Below are positions 47,818 through 57,819 of a DNA stretch of 64,000 nt, piece after piece; position 1 is the first letter of the stretch, and each line of letters starts with the position of its first letter. The notes below the pieces were generated by a model. It was not told the origin of the DNA, ran no database searches, and saw only the letters and a list, made by a program, of their open reading frames with translations. Source of the DNA: Macrostomum lignano (Eukaryota); assembly GCA_002269645.1 (NCBI GenBank), contig NIVC01000599.1, positions 1-64,000 of the forward strand. Direction: 5' to 3'. A program made the position numbers and the translations under genes.

Positions 47818-49772
47818 AAGCACACTTTGGAAGCAGATATCCCGGGAAATGCAAAAGTCAGACATGTGTCTAAGGTGTCACTGCAAAGCTGAGACATGCG
47901 TCAAGAAGTGGTAGAAGTTTCAGAGCAAATGATTGAAGCATAGAGACGGAGCAATAAGTCAAAGTTTTGGTTGGTCTTGGTACGGATGATGAATGACTCA
48001 CGGAAAGCACACTTTGGAAGCAGATATCCCGGGAAATACAAAAGTCAGACATGTGTCTAAGGTGTCACTGCAAAGCTGAGACATGCGTCAAGAAGTGGTA
48101 GAAGTTTCAGAGCAAATGATTGAAGCATAGAGACGGAGCAATAAGTCAAAGTTTTGGTTGGTCTTGGTACGGATGATGAATGACTCACGGAAAGCACACT
48201 TTGGAAGCAGATATCCCGGGAAATACAAAAGTCAGACATGTGTCTAAGGTGTCACTGCAAAGCTGAGACATGCGTCAAGAAGTGGTAGAAGTTTCAGAGC
48301 AAATGATTGAAGCATAGAGACGGAGCGATAAGTCAAAGTTTTGGTTGGTCTTGGTACGGATGATGAATGACTCACGGAAAGCACACTTTGGAAGCAGATA
48401 TCCCGGGAAATACAAAAGTCAGACATGTGTCTAAGGTGTCACTGCAAAGCTGAGACATGCGTCAAGAAGTGGTAGAAGTTTCAGAGCAAATGATTGAAGC
48501 ATAGAGACGGAGCGATAAGTCAAAGTTTTGGTTGGTCTTGGTACGAATGATGAATGACTCACGGAAAGCACACTTTGGAAGCAGATATCCCGGGAAATAC
48601 AAAAGTAGGACATGTGTCTAAGGTGTCACTGCAAAGCTGAGACATGCGTCAAGAAGTGGTAGAAGTTTCAGAGCAAATGATTGAAGCATAGAGACGGAGC
48701 GATAAGTCAAAGTTTTGGTTGGTCTTGGTACGGATGATGAATGACTCACGGAAAGCACACTTTGGAAGCAGATATCCCGGGAAATACAAAAGTCAGACAT
48801 GTGTCTAAGGTGTCACTGCAAAGCTGAGACATGCGTCAAGAAGTGGTAGAAGTTTCAGAGCAAATGATTGAAGCATAGAGACGGAGCGATAAGTCAAAGT
48901 TTTGGTTGGTCTTGGTACGGATGATGAATGACTCACGGAAAGCACACTTTGGAAGCAGATATCCCGGGAAATACAAAAGTCAGACATGTGTCTAAGGTGT
49001 CACTGCAAAGCTGAGACATGCGTCAAGAAGTGGTAGAAGTTTCAGAGCAAATGATTGAAGCATAGAGACGGAGCAATAAGTCAAAGTTTTGGTTGGTCTT
49101 GGTACGGATGATGAATGACTCACGGAAAGCACACTTTGGAAGCAGATATCCCGGGAAATACAAAAGTCAGACATGTGTCTAAGGTGTCACTGCAAAGCTG
49201 AGACATGCGTCAAGAAGTGGTAGAAGTTTCAGAGCAAATGATTGAAGCATAGAGACGGAGCGATAAGTCAAAGTTTTGGTTGGTCTTGGTACGAATGATG
49301 AATGACTCACGGAAAGCACACTTTGGAAGCAGATATCCCGGGAAATACAAAAGTAGGACATGTGTCTAAGGTGTCACTGCAAAGCTGAGACATGCGTCAA
49401 GAAGTGGTAGAAGTTTCAGAGCAAATGATTGAAGCATAGAGACGGAGCGATAAGTCAAAGTTTTGGTTGGTCTTGGTACGGATGATGAATGACTCACGGA
49501 AAGCACACTTTGGAAGCAGATATCCCGGGAAATACAAAAGTAGGACATGTGTCTAAGGTGTCACTGCAAAGCTGAGACATGCGTCAAGAAGTGGTAGAAG
49601 TTTCAGAGCAAATGATTGAAGCATAGAGACGGAGCGATAAGTCAAAGTTTTGGTTGGTCTTGGTACGGATGATGAATGACTCACGGAAAGCACACTTTGG
49701 AAGCAGATATCCCAGGAAATACAAAAGTAGGACATGTGTCTAAGGTGTCATTGCAAAGTTGAGACATGCGTC
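47818..49772 (-). repeat. 187-bp tandem repeat, ~10.4 copies, inverted relative to 39595-40421 (right arm)
   Basis: Ten identical-length 60-aa pseudo-ORFs at exact 187-bp steps from 47870 to 49735. Confidence 0.97.
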
Positions 49773-51020
49773 AGAAACTGACAAAAAATTCATTGCTACC
49801 GTTACTTCATAAGTTCTTTGGCGTGAGAATTTTTTTGTAAGGAATGTGTGATAAAATTCGTTTTGACACACTTTGTATTCGTACTAATATTTTTTTCTTT
49901 AAGACATAAAATTTTTGTCTACAAAATTTTAAAGCTGAATACGGCGTCAGAGTAAGTAATGCATCCCGAAACATAAATTCATTTTTTGTTTGAATTATCC
50001 GTTTGAAGGAGAAAATATCTGTCGCGAATATCTGTCGGGGAACCCTCACATATTTTTTTAGAGCAAATTTCGATTTCGAAAAAATTTCGGAAGTCAAAAT
50101 TTCGGAAGTGCCTACTTCCGAAATTTTTATCTAATTTTAGTTTTTTAGAACTTCGTTACTGTCTTTTATCGGTGATATTATACAGTTTTTACATGTAAAA
50201 CTTTTTGAATTTGTTAAAACTGTTCCATGCATGTAGGACATGTAACATGGTAGTTTGTACATGTGGAACTGTAAATTTTCGTAAATTTTGTTGCACTTTA
50301 AAGCTGCAAAAGCGTCTGCTGATATATTGCATATTTTTCGCATTTTACAGTATATATATGTACATTTACCGTACATGTACATGCATTATCGTTTACACGA
50401 TCTCAGTTATTGCTAGTCATGCAGTACTGATACATGTACATTTTAACTGTACATTTTATACATGTACAACTCAGTATACACCCTATACCCTACCGCCTAG
50501 ACGGATAAAGGCAGAGAAATTTGTTTTGTCTAGCAGGGAAAAGGCGCGCTTTGCTGCCGTGCTTTAATACCGTCTAGTAATATATGCAATATACGCGCCT
50601 TAGTCTTTCTTTTAAAGGCACTAGTTCAAATAAATTACTTAACATATTTACAGTATATGTAGTTTTCGCGTCGAAAAAAAAAATTTGCATTTAAAAGTGG
50701 CAATGAGGGATTCTACTTATTTAGTGGCCGAAAATAAACGAACTTCTGCTAAACATACATGTATTTTGTTTTGCATGAGCAGTAAATCGAAAGTAGAAAA
50801 GTGAGTGTCGGTTGTACTAAACTTTGTTTTTCTGAATTACGATTTCGGAAAATTTCGATTTCGATTTCGATTTCGACAGAAAATTCGCTTTCGGAACATC
50901 TCTACGACTACAATTGTGTGCCTATGTTGCTTAAAGTGTACCAGGGTGCATACAACCCCCCTGCCTCTAATAAAAAATCATTGCAACTATCATACATGTG
51001 CAACCCCCCTGATTTACACT

Positions 51021-51590
51021 GGCTATGCAACTTACTTTTTGACCAAAAATGCCACTTACCTGTGAAAGAAACCCTAAAGCAGAATTAATGCAATTTTGGG
51101 TAAATGGCAAGAGTAACTATAACTGTCTTATAAGGGCTAAATGCCTCGTCATCTAATTAGTACTACATCTATTCTTTGGGTTTGGGCATTTTTGCAACTT
51201 ACCCCTGGTCCTCCACAATTTACAGTGGCCAGATTGGCCAGGCTGGCCAGCAGTTGTGCATGTATGGCAACTATTACATTTGAAAAAATAGATAGTTTAG
51301 CTATATGATTGAATGGATTGTGCTGTCATATTATTGGATTAACACCATACATGCGCAATAGTTGGCCGAGTCGGCCGATCTGGCCGACTGATTTGGCGGC
51401 CAACCAAGGAAGTCGCAAAAATGCCCACCCAAAAAAATAACCAAGTAGTAGTACTAAGTAGCTGACGAGGCATTTTGGCCTTATAAGACAGTCATAGTTA
51501 CTCCTGCCGATTACCCAAAGTTGCATTAATTTTGCTTTAAGTTTTTTTACATATAAGTCGCATTTTTTGTTAAAACTAAGTCGCACGGCC
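51021..51590. mobile_element. ~570-bp MITE with ~130-bp imperfect TIRs
   Basis: GGCTATGCAACTTA...GTCTTATAAGGGCTAAATGCCTCGTCA mirrored by TGACGAGGCATTTTGGCCTTATAAGAC...TAAGTCGCACGGCC. Confidence 0.65.
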
Positions 51591-52274
51591 CACCGAATTT
51601 CAGAGGTTGCGCATGTATGATTAACACCACTTATTAGTCAAAGAAGTAATCATGACTCATGAGACTTGTAGTCTAGGTTTCATTTTTGTCATAAGCTTAT
51701 GCCATGACTTAGGCCTATCAAATTTAATTTTGGCATCCTAAATTTAGACCTTAGCTAAGATGCCAAAGTAACATCTTAATTTCTATGAGCTGGATAGTCA
51801 CATCAGTCATGTGATTGTCATGTGATTGATATCATATTTATTACTTTTTGGGATTCTTGTGATTTTAAGACTTCTATCAATTATCAAAGTCAAGTAATCC
51901 TATAAATATGGACATTTAAAATATTCAGGCTTATATATACATATGTATGTGTAAGTCAGGGTATACTTGTATAGACTTAGGTATAGATTTATGTTTACTA
52001 ATATCTAGACTTATGCATAGTATAGATTTTGGCAAGGGCAGATTTAGGGGCAGCCTGCCCCCTCCCCAAAAATAGCTTGATAGAACATATTGCACCCCCA
52101 AAAACCTAATTTTGTGCCCTTAAAATGCATTTTTGCACCCCCCCCTAAGCTTGATTTTTCTCCCACTATACATTTGCACCGGTACCCTCCAGATTTAAAA
52201 TTTGTGCCCCAAACTTGGACCACCCCCACACACAAAATTAAATTCTAGATCTACCACTGGACTTTGGTCTAAGT

Positions 52275-52410
52275 CAGGGGTCAGCAAACTTTTTTACCTC
52301 AAGGGCCAGATGAGATTGGAAAAGGGAGGGAATAGGAGATGAGAGATGAGATGAGGGGAGAGGAGAGAGGAAAGGGATGAGGGAGGCAGAGAAAAGAGAT
52401 GAGAGAAAAC
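52275..52410 (+). mobile_element. hAT (Charlie-like) terminal fragment followed by purine-rich tract
   Basis: CAGGGGTCAGCAAACTTTTTT...AAGGGCCAGAT is a typical hAT-Charlie terminus pattern. Confidence 0.45.
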
Positions 52411-52639
52411 TTGAATTAAGGTATAAACATTGCGCAGGCAGAATTGCTATTGTGAAGTTTCCAAGAATCCAAGGGCTAGATATTTACTTGATAGAAATAT
52501 GAGTACTGTAAGTAGCATATAAGAAGTTAAGCAAAGCATAAAGTGAAAGCAAATCTAACTGAAATTAGACATTTTTAATTAATTTAAATGAATCGATTTT
52601 TGTGAATAAAAAACTAAGGAATGAAATTGTAGCTGTTTG

Positions 52640-52911
52640 CATAAACTAAGCCAGTTATATTGGTTTGCAGCTAGTTGCCTAGCAACATAAACTAAGCCAG
52701 TTATATTGGTTTGCAGCTAGTTGCCTAGCAACATAAACTAAGCCAGTTATATTGGTTTGCAGCTAGTTGCCTAGCAACATAAACTAAGCCAGTTATATTG
52801 GTTTGCAGCTAGTTGCCTAGCAACATAAACTAAGCCAGTTATATTGGTTTGCAGCTAGTTGCCTAGCAACATAAACTAAGCCAGTTGGTTTGCAGCTAGT
52901 TGCGTAGCAAC
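52640..52911 (+). promoter_or_regulatory. 46-bp tandem repeat (6 copies), each carrying an RFX X-box-type motif, ending 11 bp before the GPR89 ATG
   Basis: GTTGCCTAGCAAC at 52674, 52720, 52766, 52812 and 52858; variant GTTGCGTAGCAAC at 52899. The repeat is certain; the regulatory role is inferred. Confidence 0.55.
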
Positions 52912-52922
52912 AAGATTCAGTC

Positions 52923-55071
52923 ATGACGGTTGGCTCCGATTCTGTAGTCATGCTGGCCTCCATGTGCGCCTTCTTCGCCCTTGGCTGGGTGTTCTTTCTC
53001 AAGCATTTGTTCCGCGACTACGAGGTCCGGCATTGGATTGTGCTGGTGTCCTTCTCTGTCACTTTCGCCTTGTCCTGCGGCATGTTCGAATTGATCATCT
53101 TCGAGATTGTCGGCCTGCTCGACCCGCTGTCCCGCCGGCTTTGGTGGCGGCTGTGCATTTTTGCTATGCTGATCTTGGTCATGGTGGTGCTGCCCTACTA
53201 CACCTGCTACTTTGCCATCTCATCGGCCAGCTTCCTGCCGCGCCGCCGGTCTGTCCGCTCCGCCCTGGCGCTGGCCTGCTGGCTCGGCTTCGTCTGGCTA
53301 TTCTGGCGTCTCGGCGACCCCTTCCCGATCCTGTCGCCCAACCATGGCATCTTCTCTCTGGAGCAGTGCATCGGCCGGGTCGGCGTCATCGGCGTGACCA
53401 TCATGGCGCTGCTGTCCGGCTTCGGCGCCGTCAACTACCCCTACAGCTGCATGCACGTCTTCGTCCGGCCCGTCACCCAGTCCGCCGTGCTGGGCATCGA
53501 GCGCCGCCTGTTGCAGACGCTGGACTTGGTGGCAGCCAAACGGCGTCGGGCCGCCCTGCTTCGTCGGGACGAGGCGCAGAGTCGGCAGGCATCCGGCTGG
53601 AGCCTGCCCTGGACGGCTGCCGCGGCCGCGGCCAGACGGTCTGGCCCAACAGCGGCCAGCGTCGAGTCCGAGGCGGCCAATCACGAGGAGCTGGGCAGGC
53701 AGCTGTTCTTGGAGTTGCACGAGTTGAAAACCGCGCAGGAGAGGGCAGCGCATAGCCGGACTCTGCAGGTACGGACTGAGGGGAAGGTGAAGACTAAAGA
53801 TGGCCAATGAGACTAAGACGGTAGCTCGCAGCAGGAAGGCTAGAGAGGATAGAGTGAGAGGTAACAGGATAGAGTAAAGTGAGAAGTAGACAGGGTGAGA
53901 TTGTTGAGTTGGAGCTAAATGATAGAGTAGAGTGAGGGTAACAGAAAGTTAGAAGGTAAAGCAGGCTTCAACTCAACAAGTGAGAGGCAGATAGGAAAGT
54001 GTAGAGTGAGAGGTAGACAGGAGAGTGTAGAGTGAGAGGTAGACAGGAGAGTAGAATAAGAGGTAGAAAGTAAATTGTAGAGTAAGCGGTAAAAAGTAGA
54101 GTGTAGAGGTAGAGGTAAACAGGAGAGTGTAGAGTGGGTGGTAGGCAGGTCAGTGTAGAGTGAGAGGTAGGCAGGTCAGTGTAGAGTTAGAGGTAGGCAG
54201 GTCAGTGTAGAGTGAGAGGTAGGCAGGTCAGTGTAGAGTTAAAGAGTAGATCCTGATTGATTCCGACAAAACGCAGGGCCGGTACTTCAACCTACTCGGC
54301 TGGGTGTTCTGCGCCTACTGCCTGTGGAAGCTGTGCTCCTGCACCATCAACATCGTGTTCAACAGGGTTGGCAAAGTGGACCCGGTGACCAGGGCGCTGC
54401 ACATTTGTGTCCAGCTGCTCGGGTTTCGTCTGGATGTACAGTTTTGGTCTCAGCAGGTGAGGGAGGCTGGGCGTCATCGTTTTTTATTTACCGTTGTTTG
54501 AAGCTTAATGGTAATTTAGGGTCGACTCTAACTTCTTAGCTGTGTGTCACATTCACTGAACTCCCATATTTCATTCACTGAAATCCAATATTTCATTCAC
54601 TGAAATCCCATATTTCATTCACTTCAATCCCATATTTCATTCACGGAACTCCCCATATTTCATTCACTGCAATCCCATATTTCATTCACTGAAATCCCAA
54701 ATTCCCATATTCAGGTGAGCTTCTGGCTCGTGGGCATCATGGCGGTGACCTCAATCCGGGGCCTGCTGCTGACTCTAACCAAGTTCTTCTTCGCCTTGGC
54801 GTCAACCCATAGCTCGAACATCATGGTGCTGCTGCTGGCCCAGGTCATGGGCATGTACTTTCTCAGCTCCGTTCTGCTGATGCGAATGAACATGCCCGCC
54901 GAGTACCGGCACATCATCACCCAGGTGCTTGGCGACCTGCAGTTTCACTTCTATCACCGCTGGTTCGATGTCATCTTCCTGCTGAGCGCCTCCTCGTCTA
55001 TCGCCTTCATCTGGGTGGCGCACAAGCAGACAGTTGGCAAATCAGAGCACGAATCCTTGCTGCTGAGGTGA
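52923..55071 (+). CDS. GPR89: Golgi pH regulator GPR89/GPHR; exons 52923-53768, 54277-54456, 54715-55071; 460 aa
   Basis: [101 protein letters not shown]. Two phase-0 GT-AG introns. Confidence 0.95.
54555..54710. repeat. ~22-bp tandem repeat (TTTCATTCACTGAAATCCCATA) in GPR89 intron 2
   Basis: About six degenerate copies. Confidence 0.8.
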
Positions 55072-56150
55072 CGCCGGCGCTCTGACCTTTGACCTTTGTT
55101 AGTACTTTCTATTCGCTAAGGGCGCGCTCTGGATCAATCTTTAAATAGAAATGTTTGGCTGTGTGCATTCTTAACATTATATTTACGTCAGCTGCGGTGT
55201 GCATTGGCAAGGTGTACATTCGCAACATCTATATTGTGCATAGATTGCCAAAAATATTGAATAATAACGTTCCTTTTTCTCAATACTGCATTGACAATTA
55301 TGTACATCTAGGCTATGTGTATATTCTCAATAGTTCATTGATTGTAGATGTACATTCTCAATAGTGCATTGATTGTAGATGTACATTAGCGGTGATGTAC
55401 ATTCTCAAAAGTACATTGATTGTAGATGTACATTAGCGGTGATGTACATTCTCAATAGTGCATTGATTATAGATGTACATCTAGGCTTATGTGTGCCTTC
55501 TGAGCCATGACTTTGTATTCTAGCTAGAACACATTGATCATTTTCCGGATCCCCTAGTGAATTTATAGATATGCAGAAAAAATGATGCTCCGATGTGCCA
55601 ATATAACGCACATAATTATTGGCCTTACTCAGATGGTAGATGTCGTGTATGTTTTTTGTTAACCTTAGTCCACATCAAAAGCATAATGTGTAATTGTTAA
55701 CTAGAAGATTTAATCTTTAAATTAAATACGTAACATGCTAATTGAAGGCCGAAGTTCGCGAGTTACTGAATTTGCGAATGTCAATTCAATGCTTATAAAT
55801 GACTTCCTCACTGTAAATTACAGACTAGAACTCTTTCAATATTTAAAGTCATTTCTTTGCTTGCCTACTCGTGAGCGAGTAGTAAAAAACTTCCTGATTT
55901 TCTGTTTATGTTCTTTCGGCTCATACAGTCTCCTCAGTGTGTGACACGGTTACAAGATGAACTAGATGTGTCACTCGCAATGAAATTTGTGAAAAAGAAG
56001 TGTCACTTAAATTTAATGTGTCATCGAAAAAATTCATTCCTCAGGGTTTGCAGCCCCAAGAGCATATGGGGTTAAGAATAAACAACAAGCATTAAACTCG
56101 ATGTACACAAGTGAACGCAAAGTGGACGAAACTCTGCCTAGAGGACAGGC

Positions 56151-56460
56151 CCAATCTAGCTCAGCCAATGAGAGAGCAGTAAGGAGAGAGGTCGAAATCA
56201 GACTGACAAAAGGGGGCAGGACCAATCTAGCTCAGCCAATGACAGAGCAGTAAGGAGAGAGGTCGAAATCAGACTGACAAAAGGGGGCAGGACCAATCTA
56301 GCTCAGCCAATGAGAGAGCAGTAAGGAGAGAGGTCGAAATCAGACTGACAAAAGGGGGCAGGACCAATCTAGCTCAGCCAATGAGAGAGCAGTAAGGAGA
56401 GAGGTCGAAATCAGACTGACGAAAGGGGGCAGGACCAATCTAGCTCAGCCAATGAGAGAG
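56151..56460. repeat. 71-bp tandem repeat, ~4.4 copies, two CCAAT per unit
   Basis: Units start at 56151, 56222, 56293, 56364 and 56435. Confidence 0.9.
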
Positions 56461-57197
56461 CTGTAAGGAAGCCCAACTGTTTATCGGCTAGGCGGGGGCT
56501 GTGGCGTGGCGCCACCCCGTTCTCTCTTGCTCGCTATGCAGACGCACTAGATTAGGATTTTTACGGTTTCCTGCAGTCTTCAGTCTTAAATTGAAGTCTT
56601 ATTAAATAATTTCGAGTCTGAAGCAGTCTGGAGTCTGCAAAACAGGATGAAGATGCTAATTTAACTTGTCTGCTTGTACAAGGCCAGAGGCGATTGTTGC
56701 TTATATTATTAATGGCGCAGCGAATTCATAATTCCAATTATTTGTCTATTATTATTTTCAAAAAGTAAGCGAAAATGTTTTATATTATTATCGTTATTTT
56801 TAATAATGGTAGGGTGGTAAACTCTAGATGAATATTTGTATATATTTAGATAGATAATGGTAATAATAGTGATCCATGCATGGCCATGCAAACTAAGTCT
56901 ATCTGTGCGGTTGGGCGGAATTTACCTGTTTAGTAAGGCAGGTGAACACAATGTGATAGCAGTCGGTGTGTCTGCCTGTGCATCTTCTACGTACTCATAA
57001 CATTATTCTGTCTTCTTCGCTATTTGGTTGGACGAATTTGTCTGCGTTATGGAATTTTCCTGCGTGTTATTAGGGTGCTAATTATATATGCTATGCAAGT
57101 TCTGGGCGCCCATGGTTAGGGATTCAGAGATGTTACTTAGCGAGAGTTCAGAGTTGGTCACACTGCCGCACTGGGTCTACTTAGGATAAGATATGGT

Positions 57198-57715
57198 TGC
57201 CATTTTGATCAGATGTGGGTTGGGATTTGCCATTTTGATCAGATGTGGGTTGGGATTTGCCATTTTGATCAGATGTGGGTTGGGATTTGCCAATTTAATT
57301 GACAGGGATAACTAAGAGGAGGTGCCATTTTGATTGAGGGGGACTGGGAGTGCCATTTTGATTGAGAGGGGGACTGGGAGTGCCATTTTGATTGAGAGGG
57401 GGACTGGGAGTGCCATTTTGATTGAGAGGGGGACTGGGAGTGCCATTTTGATTGAGAGGGAGACTGGGAGTGCCATTTTGATTTAGAGGAGGACTGGGAG
57501 TGCCATTTTGATTGAGAGGGGGACTGGGAGTGCCATTTTGATTGAGAGGGGGACTGGGAGTGCCATTTTGATTGAGAGGGAGACTGGGAGTGCCATTTTG
57601 ATTGAGAGGGGGACTGGGAGTGCCATTTTGATTGAGAGGGAGACTGGGAGTGCCATTTTGATTGAGAGGGAGACTGGGAGTGCCATTTTGATTGAGAGGG
57701 GGACTGGAGTGACAT
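57198..57715. repeat. Two adjacent 30-bp tandem arrays sharing the core TGCCATTTTGAT (16 copies in total)
   Basis: 3 copies of TGCCATTTTGATCAGATGTGGGTTGGGATT, then 13 of TGCCATTTTGATTGAGAGG(G/A)GACTGGGAG. Confidence 0.92.
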
Positions 57716-57819
57716 TTTTATAAGAGTCAATTTCTTCGATGTGTTGGATGTTATGGATGGATTTGAGAGAAAAGATTTTTTTCACGCTGAAATAAAATAC
57801 CTCGCTGAACTCATACATG

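Larger units (their letters stand above)
39318..50051. mobile_element. 10.7-kb foldback-type DNA transposon (Mutator/FB-NOF-like) with modular inverted arms
   Basis: 39318-~40420 is the reverse complement of the right arm ending at 50051 (ATGTGAGGGTTCCCCGACAGATATTCGCG...). ~280-bp unique outer segment plus 187-bp repeats. TSD ATTTTTTT at 39310-17 and 50052-59 (9 bp if the adjacent A is counted). Internal gene present. Confidence 0.88.
39261..50910. mobile_element. hAT-like MITE (~0.9 kb when emptied) split by the foldback element; 8-bp TSD CAATTGTG
   Basis: Left end TAGAGATGTTCCGAA (39261); right end TTCGGAACATCTCTA+CGACTA (to 50910); CAATTGTG at 39253-60 and 50911-18; TTTCGA subterminal repeats on both sides. 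Confidence 0.65.

Noticed and set aside
39634-49735. Fourteen 60-aa ORFs MS(Y/D)FCISRDICFQSV...
   Set aside because: Each is one 187-bp repeat unit; no family resemblance.
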